This document shows, piece after piece, positions 26,903 to 36,877 of a stretch of 52,182 nucleotides of DNA. The position numbers were made by a program, and so were the translations under genes. This DNA is from an uncultured Anaerolineae bacterium. Lineage in GTDB: Bacteria; Chloroflexota; Anaerolineae; Fen-1058. Every line of letters begins with the position of its first letter. Position 1 is the first letter of the stretch. The notes beneath the pieces were generated by a model that had not been told where the DNA came from, did no database searches, and worked only from the letters and a program-made list of their open reading frames with translations. The DNA lies in assembly GCA_964353405.1 (NCBI GenBank), contig CAYGWJ010000337.1, forward strand, positions 1-52,182. The letters run 5' to 3'.

Positions 26903-28219
26903 TCACTCCTGAGAAGGAGAAGGTTCTCTCCGGACGCGCACCTTGCCGATGCGCCGCCCGGAAACGTTGAGCACTTGTATCACCCATTCGCCAAAGTGCA
27001 ACTGTTCGCCCGCCACTGGAACTTTGCCGAGTTGGGTATAGAGAAAACCGCCGAGCGTGTCGTACGATTCATCGGCGGGGAGTGGTGCGCCGAGCAACTG
27101 GCTCACGTCGTCGAGATTAGCGCGCGCGTCAAAGACGTAGGCGCCTTCGGCTTCTTGCTGGAACAGTGGCTCTTCGCTCGCGTCGTACTCGTCTTGAATC
27201 TCGCCGACGATTTCTTCCAGGATGTCTTCAATCGTCACCAGGCCGGCCACGCCGCCGTATTCGTCCACGACGATGGCCACGTGGACACGGCGCTTTTGCA
27301 GTTCTTCCAGCAGGTCACTCACCTTTTTGGCTTCCGGCACAAAGTAGGCCGGGCGCGCCACCTGAGTGAGTGGGACGGTCAGGTCGCCCGCGCGCAAGAC
27401 GCGTAGCAGGTCTTTGGCATACAGCACGCCCACCACGTTGTCAATGGTGTCCTGGTAAACTGGCACGCGGCTGTGCGTGGCCTGGATGACGAGATCAGCC
27501 GCTTCGGTCAGCGGCATGGAGGCGTCAATGGCTACCACGTCAATGCGTGGGACCATCACCTCGCGGGTCAGGGTGTCGCCAAAGTCAAAGATGGAATAGA
27601 TCATCTCCTTTTCTTCTTCTTCGAGCACGCCGCCTTCTTCACCTGCGTCCACCACCGTCTTGATTTCCTCTTCGGTGATAAGGCCCATGCCCACCCGTGA
27701 AGCTCCACCGAGTGGCCCGGTGATCAGGTTCGATAGTTTGACGAGTAGCTTGACCAGCGGAGCTGCTGTAGTGGCAGCGAGGTCGAGGGGACGCGCCACA
27801 AAGAGAGCGATGGGTTCGGCGTGGCGCACGGCCAGCGACTTGGGCACGAGCTCGCCCAAGATGAGCATCACCAGACCTAGCAGGAAGGTGACGATCAAAA
27901 CCGCCAACAACAGACTGTATGGCGCGAGCCAGGTGGCTCGCGCCAGGGTAGTTGCCAGCTGAGGCGCGAGTGTCACGGCGGCGGTTCCAGCGGCGAAGAA
28001 ACCCGCCAGTATCGTGCCGAGTTGAAGTGTGGCGAGCGTCCGGCTGGAATCTTGCGCCAACCGTTCTAACACCTTTGCCTGCGCGTGACCTGCCTCGACC
28101 AATTGCGCCAGGCGCGATTTGCGGATTTCCGCAATCGCCACTTCCGATGCGGCAAGAAAGGCATTCAGTATCAGGAGCGCAACGAGCAGGATGAATTCTG
28201 GAATCACTTGACCATCCAT
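26903..28219 (-). CDS. HlyC/CorC-family membrane protein (DUF21 + CBS pair + CorC_HlyC)
   Basis: [54 protein letters not shown]. Confidence 0.95.
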   Translation of the reverse strand: MDGQVIPEFILLVALLILNAFLAASEVAIAEIRKSRLAQLVEAGHAQAKVLERLAQDSSRTLATLQLGTILAGFFAAGTAAVTLAPQLATTLARATWLAPYSLLLAVLIVTFLLGLVMLILGELVPKSLAVRHAEPIALFVARPLDLAATTAAPLVKLLVKLSNLITGPLGGASRVGMGLITEEEIKTVVDAGEEGGVLEEEEKEMIYSIFDFGDTLTREVMVPRIDVVAIDASMPLTEAADLVIQATHSRVPVYQDTIDNVVGVLYAKDLLRVLRAGDLTVPLTQVARPAYFVPEAKKVSDLLEELQKRRVHVAIVVDEYGGVAGLVTIEDILEEIVGEIQDEYDASEEPLFQQEAEGAYVFDARANLDDVSQLLGAPLPADESYDTLGGFLYTQLGKVPVAGEQLHFGEWVIQVLNVSGRRIGKVRVRREPSPSQE

Positions 28220-28267
28220 CCGATGCAGGACGAATACCGAAGGGTGAACACCGTCAATCGTCTTTCG

Positions 28268-29626
28268 TCACGTAGAGTGGGCCTGTGTCTCTTTTAACCG
28301 AGCGGGCACTCCATACGCCAACGCGCCGTCCGGCACATCATGCGTGACCACGCTGCCCGCGCCGGTCACCGCATTCTTGCCGATGGTGACGGGCGCGCGT
28401 AGCAGCGTGTCGCTGCCGATGAACGCGCCTTCGCCGATAACCGTCTTGTGCTTGTTCTGGCCGTCATAGTTGCAGGTGATGACGCCGCAACTGATGTTCA
28501 CATCCGCGCCCACGTCGGCATCGCCCAAGTAACTAAAGTGGCCCATCTTGGCGCCAGGCCCCAGCCGCGAGTTTTTCACTTCGCCAAAGTTGCCCATGTG
28601 GACGTGACGGCACAGATAGGCGCCTTTCCGGAGATGCGCGAACGGCCCCACATCCACGTCGTCTTCTAACGTCGCGCCTTCAAAGAAGGAGGCCTTGACG
28701 ATGCACCGGTCGCCAATCACCGAATCCTCGATGACGGCGTTCGGGCCAATCTTGCACGCGCGTCCGATGACGGTCTTGCCGCGCAGATGAGTGTTCGGCA
28801 AAACGATTGTGTCCGCGCCGAGGGTCACGCTTGCTTCGATGTAGGTGGTGGCCGGGTCCAACATCGTTACGCCGGCAAGCATCCACTGCTCATTGATGCG
28901 CGCGCGCATTTCCGTTTCGGCCCAGGCCAGGCGGGCGCGGTCGTCAAGGCCCATCACTTGGTCTGGGTCGGCGTCCAAGGTAGCGACGGTGCGGCCCTCG
29001 GCCACAGCCAGCTCGACCAGGTCGGTGAGGTATTGCTCGCCATGCTTGACCGGCAATTGCTCGATGTGCGACCAGAGCCACTCGGCCTGAAAGCACTGGA
29101 TGCCGCTGTTGCACTCGAGGCTCGCCTTTTGCTCCGATGTGGCTTCCCTGAATTCAACAATCGCGCGCACGTGACCGGCTTTATTTCGGACGATGCGGCC
29201 AAAGCGTAGCGGATCGGGTGGGCGAAAAGTGAGGAGGGTCACACGGGCGTTTTCGCTCGTGTGACGTTCCAGCATCGCCCGGAGCGTTTCAGCGGAGATG
29301 AATGGCGTGTCGCCATATACCACGAGCACCGTATCGGTTCTGCCTTCCAGCATAGAGCGCGCTTGCAGCATGGCATGGCCGGTCCCCCGTTGTGGTTCTT
29401 GAACAACGATGTCGGCGCTCTCCGCAAGTGCTTGGCGGACTTGGTCCGCGCCGTAGCCGACGACGACGAGCGGACGTGTTCCCGTCAGTTCGCGCGCCGC
29501 GTCCACGACAAAAGCCACCATCGGCCTGCCGCACACGCGATGCAGCACCTTGGGCAAATCGGATTTCATCCGCGTTCCCATTCCAGCGGCAAGGATCACA
29601 ACAGCAACTGACATTTTGTTCTCCAT
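28268..29626 (-). CDS. glmU: Bifunctional UDP-GlcNAc pyrophosphorylase/GlcN-1-P acetyltransferase
   Basis: ILAAGMGTRMKS.LPKVLH, YLTD, hexapeptide repeats, NYDGQNKHKT. Confidence 0.97.
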   Translation of the reverse strand: MENKMSVAVVILAAGMGTRMKSDLPKVLHRVCGRPMVAFVVDAARELTGTRPLVVVGYGADQVRQALAESADIVVQEPQRGTGHAMLQARSMLEGRTDTVLVVYGDTPFISAETLRAMLERHTSENARVTLLTFRPPDPLRFGRIVRNKAGHVRAIVEFREATSEQKASLECNSGIQCFQAEWLWSHIEQLPVKHGEQYLTDLVELAVAEGRTVATLDADPDQVMGLDDRARLAWAETEMRARINEQWMLAGVTMLDPATTYIEASVTLGADTIVLPNTHLRGKTVIGRACKIGPNAVIEDSVIGDRCIVKASFFEGATLEDDVDVGPFAHLRKGAYLCRHVHMGNFGEVKNSRLGPGAKMGHFSYLGDADVGADVNISCGVITCNYDGQNKHKTVIGEGAFIGSDTLLRAPVTIGKNAVTGAGSVVTHDVPDGALAYGVPARLKETQAHST

Positions 29627-29670
29627 GCTTCAGAGTAGACCAGCAGACAAGAACAGGTGGACAAGACGTA

Positions 29671-29702
29671 AGTCGGGCAATCAGAACACGGATTGCCCGA
29701 CT
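29671..29702. repeat. 12-bp inverted repeat immediately after the glmU -10 element
   Basis: agtcgggcaatc-N8-gattgcccgact; TATAAT on the minus strand at 29708-29703. Confidence 0.6.
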
Positions 29703-29736
29703 ATTATACTACCGGACGGTGGGATTGTGGGAGAGC

Positions 29737-30660
29737 CTATGGCTTGGGCGTTGCAGGCGCGGACTTGCGCCGCGAGCGCGCATAGCGAACCACCAGGTAG
29801 AGCGGAAAACCAATCAACAGTGCGGCGGGCAGGATACAAATGCCCGTAATGATCAGGAGGTCACCGAGGCGTTGCAGCGCCCAGATCAACGCCTGGAACG
29901 CCGTGCGCGCAGTGCCTTGCGGTCGCCACGTGCCAATGGAGACAGGTTGCGCCAGCTCGTCCGGCGTGACGGTGATGTTCACCGTGGCGAGCTTGACGCT
30001 TTCCTTCAGCTTCAACTGCCGGCCGGTCAGCGTGTTGATCTGGCCTTGCACCTGGTCGAGCCGCGTCTGGATGTTGAGGATGTCTTCCATCTTGGTAGCG
30101 CGATCAAGCAACTTGCGGTACGAGTCTCGCTGGGCGGTGAGGTTCTCGATCTCAGCCTGGGTATCGGCATACTGGTCGGTCACGTCCTGCCCGGTGAGGT
30201 TTTCGCTTTCCACGGTCATTGCCAGCGACTTGATTTTGGCGAGTGTTGCCTTTAGCTGGAGCAGGTCTTCGCCGGGGACGCGAATGGCCATCGTCGCACG
30301 GGCATGCCCTTCGTCCTGGTACACGTTTGACGAAATGACGAAACCGCCGACGTCTTTGGCAATCTGGGTGATCTGCTCGACGGTTGAGCGCGCGTCTTTG
30401 ACAACCAACGACAACTGGCCGGTGTAGACAATCATCCGCTCCGCGCCGGCAGCATTGGCCGATTGAGGTTGGTTGACGGCCTGGGTCACGCCGTCGGCGG
30501 CGGACTGGGGCGCTTCCTGGGGCGGCGCGGCGGGCGCTCCGCCAGAGGGAGCGACGCCACCCGAGACTTGCGGCGCTGGCGCAGCAGATCGGGAGGCGGC
30601 GCATCCGGCAGATGCGACGAGTAGAAAGATCACAAAAAGGGTAATGAATTGGCGTTTCAT
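29737..30660 (-). CDS. DUF4349-domain lipoprotein with C-terminal TM
   Basis: Lipobox SAGC, Pro/Ala tether; RMIVYTGQLSL.V, GGFV, IRVP, DVTDQYAD motifs. Confidence 0.9.
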   Translation of the reverse strand: MKRQFITLFVIFLLVASAGCAASRSAAPAPQVSGGVAPSGGAPAAPPQEAPQSAADGVTQAVNQPQSANAAGAERMIVYTGQLSLVVKDARSTVEQITQIAKDVGGFVISSNVYQDEGHARATMAIRVPGEDLLQLKATLAKIKSLAMTVESENLTGQDVTDQYADTQAEIENLTAQRDSYRKLLDRATKMEDILNIQTRLDQVQGQINTLTGRQLKLKESVKLATVNITVTPDELAQPVSIGTWRPQGTARTAFQALIWALQRLGDLLIITGICILPAALLIGFPLYLVVRYARSRRKSAPATPKP

Positions 30661-30696
30661 TCGGGCGCTCCTTTCGTCACGGCGACTCTGTATTTA

Positions 30697-30723
30697 GGAC
30701 GCCGGTTGTCGCTATCGAGTTCC
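30697..30723 (-). promoter_or_regulatory. Candidate ECF-sigma promoter GGAAC-N17-CGTCC
   Basis: Minus strand GGAACtcgatagcgacaaccggCGTCCtaa, about 36 bp upstream of the DUF4349 start. Confidence 0.55.
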
Positions 30724-30736
30724 GCGCCGACGGGAC

Positions 30737-31471
30737 CTAGTGCCCGACGGCCAACCGCTCGATCAAGCGGTGCGGCAGCTTGACCGCGCGCATCCGGCTC
30801 TGCGTCAGCACAATGGGATACTCGACGCGCCGGTGCTCCAACGTGCCTGCTTCCGGGTCGAGGATGGCATAGGCGGCGCGCGGGTTGCCGTCACGCGGCT
30901 GGCCTACGCTGCCGGGGTTGATGATCCACCGCCCGCTCGCAAGCGAGACGGGTTGCTTGTAACGCGGGGCGCGCGGCTCGCACAAGTGATCGTCGCTCGA
31001 GTCAGGCATGTAAAAGCTGATGGGCACGTGCGTGTGGCCGACCAGGCAAATGGGCGTCTTGAAAGCGGGGAAATTTAGCTCGGCGGTCAACGGGTCGAGG
31101 ATGTATTCCCAGACCGGCTGGCGCGGGCTGCCGTGCGCCAGGGTATAGCCCTTCTCAAAATGCTGGGGCTCCAGGCCATCCAGGTACGCCATCGCGTCCG
31201 GGTCGAGCACGCTGCGTGCCCATTGATTGGCCGAGCGCGCGTCGGTGTTAAAGCCCCGCATGTCCAGTTTGCCCAGCACCGCCCAGTCGTGGTTGCCAGC
31301 CAGGCAGACGTGCGGATATTCTCGCAATCGGGCTATGCACTCGTTGGGGTTTGGCCCGTAGCCCACCATATCACCCAGGCACCAGATCATGTCGAACTGG
31401 CCCGCGTTGAGGATCACTGCTTCCAACGCGGCCAGGTTGCCGTGAACGTCGGAAATCACCAGACAGCGCAT
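30737..31471 (-). CDS. Calcineurin-like metallophosphoesterase
   Basis: SDVHGN, LGDMVGYGP, GNHD, AHGSP, GHTH, NPGSVGQPRDG. Confidence 0.93.
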   Translation of the reverse strand: MRCLVISDVHGNLAALEAVILNAGQFDMIWCLGDMVGYGPNPNECIARLREYPHVCLAGNHDWAVLGKLDMRGFNTDARSANQWARSVLDPDAMAYLDGLEPQHFEKGYTLAHGSPRQPVWEYILDPLTAELNFPAFKTPICLVGHTHVPISFYMPDSSDDHLCEPRAPRYKQPVSLASGRWIINPGSVGQPRDGNPRAAYAILDPEAGTLEHRRVEYPIVLTQSRMRAVKLPHRLIERLAVGH

Positions 31472-31626
31472 GCATATCTGACCTTGTACAAATTGTGCCA
31501 AGTGTATCACGGATTGCGCCGTTTGGCTAGTAAATCCGCCGAGCGGCAACTGCCTCTGAAATAGTGCTATAATATTGTCAGTCAGGACCGAACGATCGGT
31601 GGGTGGTTTGGAAAGGAGCGATTCGA

Positions 31627-32688
31627 ATGGCTGGGGCAAGGGTGTCACTGGCCCAGATCCTCGACGAGATGACGGTAGAGGGCGAGCTGTACCAAAAGCT
31701 CAAAGATGATGCGGTGCGGTGCTACGCCTGCGCGCATCGTTGCTTCCTCAAGCCAGGGCGGCGTGGTATCTGCCAGGTGCGCTACAACGAGGGCGGCACG
31801 CTGCGCGTCCCGCATGGCTACGTCGCCGCGCTCAACGTGGACCCCACCGAGAAAAAGCCGTTCTTTCACGTCTTGCCTGGCTCGCAGACGCTCACATTTG
31901 GCATGTTGGGCTGCGATCTGCATTGCGCCAATTGCCAAAACTGGGAAATCTCGCAGACGTTGCGCGACACGCGCGCCGGGGTCGAACCGCAGCTTGTGAC
32001 AGCCGACCAGATGATCAAGATCGCTCAACGCTATGGCGCGGAGCTTATCGGCTCGTCCTACAACGAGCCGCTCATCACGTCCGAATGGGCTGTCGAGGTG
32101 TTCAAGAAGGCGAAAGAGGCCGGATTGCGCTGTGTCTACATCTCCAACGGCAACGCTACGCGCGAGGTCATGGAATATCTGCGGCCTTTTGTGGATGGTT
32201 ACAAAATTGACCTCAAGACGATGAGCGACAGGAACTATCGGCAGCTCGGCGCGGTGCTGAACAATGTGCTGGATGGCATCCGGTTGGCGCGCGAGATGGG
32301 GTTCTGGGTCGAGATCGTCACGTTGGTGATTCCCGGCTTTAACGACAGCAACGACGAGTTGTGGGACGCGGCTCGGTTCCTCGTTTCGCTTTCGCCGGAT
32401 ATCCCCTGGCACCTGACGGCGTTCCACAGAGACTATAAAATGACCGACCCGGATAACACGGACGCCAAAACCCTCTTGCGCGCCGCCGAAATCGGGCAGG
32501 AGGCCGGGCTGCATCACGTCTACACCGGCAACTTGCCCGGCATGACGGGGATGTACGAAAACACGTTTTGTCACAACTGCGGCGAGCTGCTCATCGCTCG
32601 ACTGGGTTATTACATTCGGACGAATAAACTCTCCGGCACGGGCCGCTGTTCCAAGTGTAACACGGCCATCGCTGGAATCTGGAAGTGA
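31627..32688 (+). CDS. amrS: AmmeMemoRadiSam system radical SAM enzyme
   Basis: CYACAHRC..GICQVR, DPTEKKPFFH, GCDLHCANCQNWEISQ, YNEP, C-terminal CxxC pairs; AAGGAG RBS. Confidence 0.92.
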   Translation: MAGARVSLAQILDEMTVEGELYQKLKDDAVRCYACAHRCFLKPGRRGICQVRYNEGGTLRVPHGYVAALNVDPTEKKPFFHVLPGSQTLTFGMLGCDLHCANCQNWEISQTLRDTRAGVEPQLVTADQMIKIAQRYGAELIGSSYNEPLITSEWAVEVFKKAKEAGLRCVYISNGNATREVMEYLRPFVDGYKIDLKTMSDRNYRQLGAVLNNVLDGIRLAREMGFWVEIVTLVIPGFNDSNDELWDAARFLVSLSPDIPWHLTAFHRDYKMTDPDNTDAKTLLRAAEIGQEAGLHHVYTGNLPGMTGMYENTFCHNCGELLIARLGYYIRTNKLSGTGRCSKCNTAIAGIWK

Positions 32689-33014
32689 CCATGCCATCCT
32701 CCACAGGAGACCCACGAGTCAAGCTGTTAATGTCCTATGACATCGTGACACAGTCGCAGCAGACTTATTACGAGTTCATCCTGCGCGAATTTATCCCCAG
32801 GGCGCAAGAGATGGGACTGGCGATCAGCGAAGCGTGGCACACGGCCTACGGCGACTATCCGGCGCGGATGACGGGCTTTGTCGCGCCGGACCGGAAAACG
32901 CTGGACAAGATTATGCAGAGTGACGAGTGGGCAGACTTGCGGGAGCGGCTTGACCCGTTTGTGACCAATCTCCGGTTCAAGATCGTGCCGTTCCGGGACA
33001 GCTTTCAGTTCTGA
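32685..33014 (+). CDS. Small conserved hypothetical protein (NIPSNAP/dimeric alpha-beta barrel-like)
   Basis: KLLMSYDI..YYEF..EFIP..GL..AWHTAYGDYP; overlaps the amrS stop; start may be the ATG at 32691. Confidence 0.65.
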   Translation: MTMPSSTGDPRVKLLMSYDIVTQSQQTYYEFILREFIPRAQEMGLAISEAWHTAYGDYPARMTGFVAPDRKTLDKIMQSDEWADLRERLDPFVTNLRFKIVPFRDSFQF

Positions 33015-33023
33015 TGTGTTGAT

Positions 33024-35078
33024 TCATTGATCTTGGCCCACTTGCACAGGTGGGAGCAACACACGGTCGCCCGTGACCTTGTCGCCGTCATAGACCATCA
33101 TCCGTACAGTGGGCGGATTGGGTTGAACGGCCGAGGGAATGTCACGCATGTACACGCCAACTTCCAGCGGGTATTGGCCGGGGCCTGTATCGGGCGGGAT
33201 GACGAAACGATGCACTTGCGCGAACTCGTCGCCGGGCTGCCACTGCCACGAGGGATATCCAATCAAATCCTGCTGAGCCAGCACCGGGCCTTGGGGTGTT
33301 TTGAGCAGATGTGTGAATAGCACAGTCTCTTTGTTCGGGTCAGTCGTCGAGCGAATGCGCCACAATGTCACGACGGTCAACTCGCTGCCGGCCTTGTTTT
33401 GTGCTGCCTTGGTAGAGTAACCGACAAGATCGAGTGTGTGGCCGAAATCCACCGGCGCTTCGGGCTCGTGGAAAGAGCCGCCCTGCACACCGTTCCATTC
33501 GAACACGTCAAAGCGTGGGTTCAAGTCATCGGGACGGAGCAGGCGAGCGTCGGTTTGGCGCGCACTGCGTGAAACCATGTCCGCCAGCGCCGGGTCAATG
33601 GGCGAGATGGCCTGAACGATCAATCGCGAACCGGCGGGCGCCAGTGCCAGCGCACTACGTCCGTCGAACCAGCGGAGTGAAACGTCGCGGCGGCGCAGTG
33701 TCATTCCCATCGTGTACGGATCGTGAAAGCGGCCTGGATAGATGGACGAGATGGCCGCTGTTCCGCTTACAGGTTGACTGTCGAGGTAGCGCGCGATTTC
33801 GAACAGCGTGGTGTGATAAGCAACGCGCACATCGCGCGCGTTTGCCCAGGTGACAATATAATCCCGAAAGCTCAACGTGGCCGTGATCGCGATGAGTATT
33901 GTTACCAAGACGCCGAGACCCCAGAAAAACTTTTTCGATCTTTGCGCCTGTGTGTCTTTGTGGTAAAGACGCTCTCGCAACCAACGCGCTAGCGTAACTA
34001 TCGTCAGCGCCGGGAATAGATACAACACGGGTTGAATCGCCACGGCCCGTGTGCCGCTGGCGACAATGCCCGTCATCAGGCTGGGGAATGCGCCGGCGAC
34101 CAGCCATGCCAGTGACAAGAGATAAGCCGGCTTGCGCCAGTTCCACATTGCCACGCCGATGCCGGCGTAGAATAACAGCCCCGTCACTGGATCTAGCCAC
34201 GGCTTGCCGGGCAGATTGTAGAGCCAGAGCGGGTCGGCGCGAAAGGTGAACATCCCCAGCGCTTCGAGGATGTTCCGTAGCACCTCATTCGGATTTCCAC
34301 TGGCCAGGAGCCGCAACGGCTCGCCCAATTGCCCCAGTCGCTGTTCCGCGCCCGGATGCATTTGCAGCCAAAAGAACATTGGCGCGGCCAGTAAAGCCCC
34401 TGACGCGAGCGTCAACAACATTCCGCGCCAGCGCGCCTTGAAGCGGTCGCGGTCCAAGACGCAGGCCAGCGCCGGGCCAATCACAAAGAGAATCCACGTG
34501 GCGCGCGCGGCCATGTACGTCCATAGCGTGGCGGCCAGGAACAGACCGGCAAGTGCAAAGTGGAGAGTGGACGCCCGGAAGGCGGGAGAGTGGAGAGCAG
34601 CATAGCCTTTCCACCAAGAGTACACGGCAAAAGCAAGCACTGCGGGAAACATAACCGAGCGCAGCGCTTGCCTCGACGTGGAAATGGCCCAGAACGAAAC
34701 GGCCAGCATTGCCGTTGTGATGAGCGCGGTGGAAACGTCGAACATGCGACGGATACAGACGAAAGTGGCGGCAACGGTCAACAGGCCAAACAAGACCGAG
34801 GTCAATCGCACGGCAAGATAGTCGGTGCGGGCCAGGAGGCTCATCGTCACCGCGATGGCATAGTCGTACAGCGGCTCACGTCCGTAGCCAATGGTTTCAT
34901 ACATAGGGCGTGCGCCGTGAAGGATGGCGATGGCGTCGTTCCCGTGCGCGGCTTCATCGTGGGTAAAGCCGGGCGGGGCCACGTCGAGTTGATAGAGGCG
35001 CAGAAATGCCGCGACGAGCAGAATCGCTACAAGGATCAGCCATTCCGAACGACGCGAAACCCGAGAAGGTAGCGACAT
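33024..35078 (-). CDS. GT39/ArnT-like (GT-C) glycosyltransferase with C-terminal Ig-like domain
   Basis: LRLYQL..PPGFTHDEA, GREPLY, many TMs; C-terminal LVGY..TLW..FTHL..AQQD..W.PGD..PGQYPLEVG domain. Confidence 0.88.
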   Translation of the reverse strand: MSLPSRVSRRSEWLILVAILLVAAFLRLYQLDVAPPGFTHDEAAHGNDAIAILHGARPMYETIGYGREPLYDYAIAVTMSLLARTDYLAVRLTSVLFGLLTVAATFVCIRRMFDVSTALITTAMLAVSFWAISTSRQALRSVMFPAVLAFAVYSWWKGYAALHSPAFRASTLHFALAGLFLAATLWTYMAARATWILFVIGPALACVLDRDRFKARWRGMLLTLASGALLAAPMFFWLQMHPGAEQRLGQLGEPLRLLASGNPNEVLRNILEALGMFTFRADPLWLYNLPGKPWLDPVTGLLFYAGIGVAMWNWRKPAYLLSLAWLVAGAFPSLMTGIVASGTRAVAIQPVLYLFPALTIVTLARWLRERLYHKDTQAQRSKKFFWGLGVLVTILIAITATLSFRDYIVTWANARDVRVAYHTTLFEIARYLDSQPVSGTAAISSIYPGRFHDPYTMGMTLRRRDVSLRWFDGRSALALAPAGSRLIVQAISPIDPALADMVSRSARQTDARLLRPDDLNPRFDVFEWNGVQGGSFHEPEAPVDFGHTLDLVGYSTKAAQNKAGSELTVVTLWRIRSTTDPNKETVLFTHLLKTPQGPVLAQQDLIGYPSWQWQPGDEFAQVHRFVIPPDTGPGQYPLEVGVYMRDIPSAVQPNPPTVRMMVYDGDKVTGDRVLLPPVQVGQDQ
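33904..33964. repeat. Degenerate accac/aagacac...gtgtctttgtggt palindromic repeat inside the GT39 ORF
   Basis: accaagacgccgaga...ctttgcgcctgtgtgtctttgtggt; translated as HKDTQAQRSKKFFWGLGVLV. Confidence 0.5.
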
Positions 35079-35088
35079 GCTCAACGCC

Positions 35089-35742
35089 TTAGCCCAACGC
35101 TTCGAGTTGTGTGAGCCAATCGTCAAAGTGTGGACATTCGGCGCGGATCCGGTCGAGACCGATACTGAGGATAATCAGCGGCCCGTGTAAGGGTTTCTCG
35201 TATTCAGGGACAAGTTTGATGATCCGTTTGGATGGAGGAGCTTGGTCATTGATTTCTTCTGGAGATCTGAACTTGGCCTTGATCTTGAATAGCTCTGGAA
35301 GCACAATTTTGTCGGGGAAGGCCTGGGCAATTTGCTGAGGGTCCGTGAATACCATCGCCTCAAACTCGTAAAGCTCCAGGTAGGGCAGAAACTTGCGATG
35401 ACCTATATCTTCTTGCCACTTGTTTTCCAGATATTTGACTCGTTTGTAACACGAGCCTTTTGATACGCGGTTCCGCCCTGGAAAATCTTTGGGAAGACGA
35501 TACAAGTCTAGCATTGTCGTCACCTTTGCGGCGCTTGTGTCACCCAAGAGCCTGGTAAGGTCGTTTCTAATTCTGCCGTAGGTGATGACGCCGCCTTTGA
35601 AATTGGGGCCGCCTTTCACACGCTTGGTCGTGGCAAGTTTGGGAATAACGTCAACTCTGACCTTTTGCAGATGTGGCCCTAGAACTTTGGTGACAAATGT
35701 CTCCTCAGCTTGACCCTCGACGAGGATGAGCACTTTTTTCAT
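35089..35742 (-). CDS. DUF4276-family (TOPRIM-like) protein
   Basis: ILVEGQAEE, TTMLDLY.LP.DFPG, YEFEAMVF, PEEIND..PSKRI, CPHFDDWL; ATGA overlap with the ATPase. Confidence 0.85.
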   Translation of the reverse strand: MKKVLILVEGQAEETFVTKVLGPHLQKVRVDVIPKLATTKRVKGGPNFKGGVITYGRIRNDLTRLLGDTSAAKVTTMLDLYRLPKDFPGRNRVSKGSCYKRVKYLENKWQEDIGHRKFLPYLELYEFEAMVFTDPQQIAQAFPDKIVLPELFKIKAKFRSPEEINDQAPPSKRIIKLVPEYEKPLHGPLIILSIGLDRIRAECPHFDDWLTQLEALG

Positions 35743-36830
35743 CGGCTGGGCCTCCCGCCGATAATGTTCTTTTCCCAAAGTTCACCGAGGCTATACTCTT
35801 GAAGCCACTGCTTGAGTCGGCGCGTGTTCAGTCGGTTGAACTTGGACTGTCTACCCTCCCGATCAACGACGATGATATCGCGAGGCGAAAACTGATCCAC
35901 CAGCGAGGCAGACTGGGTGGATACAATCACTTGGGTCTGAGCCGCCACGCTCTTTAACATGCTGGCGAGCAATGTGATCGCGTAGGGATGCAGTCCGAGC
36001 TCGGGTTCGTCAATGAGAACTGTGGCGGGCAAGGTGGGCTGAAGCAGGAGCGTCGCCAGGCAGATGAAACGCAGCGTTCCGTCTGAGAGGGTGTGTGCGT
36101 CAAAATACATATCTGAATCTCGCTCGCTCCATTCGAGCTGGATTTTCTTGCGGTTCAGTCTTGAAGGTTGGAGCGCAAAATCATTGAAAAAAGGCGCTAC
36201 CAAGCGGATTGTCTTTGCGATTCTGCCATAGTATTCCCGCTGTACTTCTCGCAGCCAGTAAAGGAACGCGGCGAGGTTTGAGGCATCTGGTCTCAATGCG
36301 GCATTGTCTTCAATGTCGCACGTTGCTTTGATCTTAGCGCTGTCGCTGGTGTCGTGAAAATGATAGACCTTCCAGCTTCTCAAGTCCTTGAGCACATAGT
36401 CGGCGACCTCGCTTTGGACGGCGGCGTCGTGGAGCAGCGTTTCTTTGTGCCCACTGCCAAGATATACATTAAACGGTTGCGGATACTTGTCGCTGTCGTG
36501 AAACCAGCAGCTTTCGTGGGCAAAGACGAGGGTGTCCCCAGCAGACGGCGCCAGCCGGGCTTCGTAGCCGTTGGCTCCAAAGTGCAGCCTGATGACAATT
36601 TCGCTTGTGGCCTTCCGCCCATAATGTAGCAGCCTATCTGCGCCGCCCGATTGGCCGATATAGAGTTGGAGGTTCCCTTCTACAAGATGGTTCAAGAGTT
36701 CAAAAACTGAGATGAAGTTGGTTTTCCCCGCGCCATTCGCGCCGATCATGATATTGAGGTTGCGAAGCAGCAAATCCATTTCTTGGATGGATTTGAACCC
36801 TTGTACTTCGATCCGTTCAAGCGATCTCAT
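35739..36830 (-). CDS. AAA_21-type ABC ATPase
   Basis: GFKSI, IGANGAGKTN, LSDGTLRF, LIDEPELGLHP, QVIVSTQS. Confidence 0.92.
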   Translation of the reverse strand: MRSLERIEVQGFKSIQEMDLLLRNLNIMIGANGAGKTNFISVFELLNHLVEGNLQLYIGQSGGADRLLHYGRKATSEIVIRLHFGANGYEARLAPSAGDTLVFAHESCWFHDSDKYPQPFNVYLGSGHKETLLHDAAVQSEVADYVLKDLRSWKVYHFHDTSDSAKIKATCDIEDNAALRPDASNLAAFLYWLREVQREYYGRIAKTIRLVAPFFNDFALQPSRLNRKKIQLEWSERDSDMYFDAHTLSDGTLRFICLATLLLQPTLPATVLIDEPELGLHPYAITLLASMLKSVAAQTQVIVSTQSASLVDQFSPRDIIVVDREGRQSKFNRLNTRRLKQWLQEYSLGELWEKNIIGGRPSR

Positions 36831-36877
36831 AGATACCTCGCTCAGAATTGTGTGTCCAAGTGTGTCAACGTGCCAAG

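Noticed and set aside
33024-33070. GT39 C-terminus (VLLPPVQV) as another copy of the LP tail motif
   Set aside because: It lacks the aromatic-LP-hydrophobic-basic pattern and is the last strand of the Ig-like domain.
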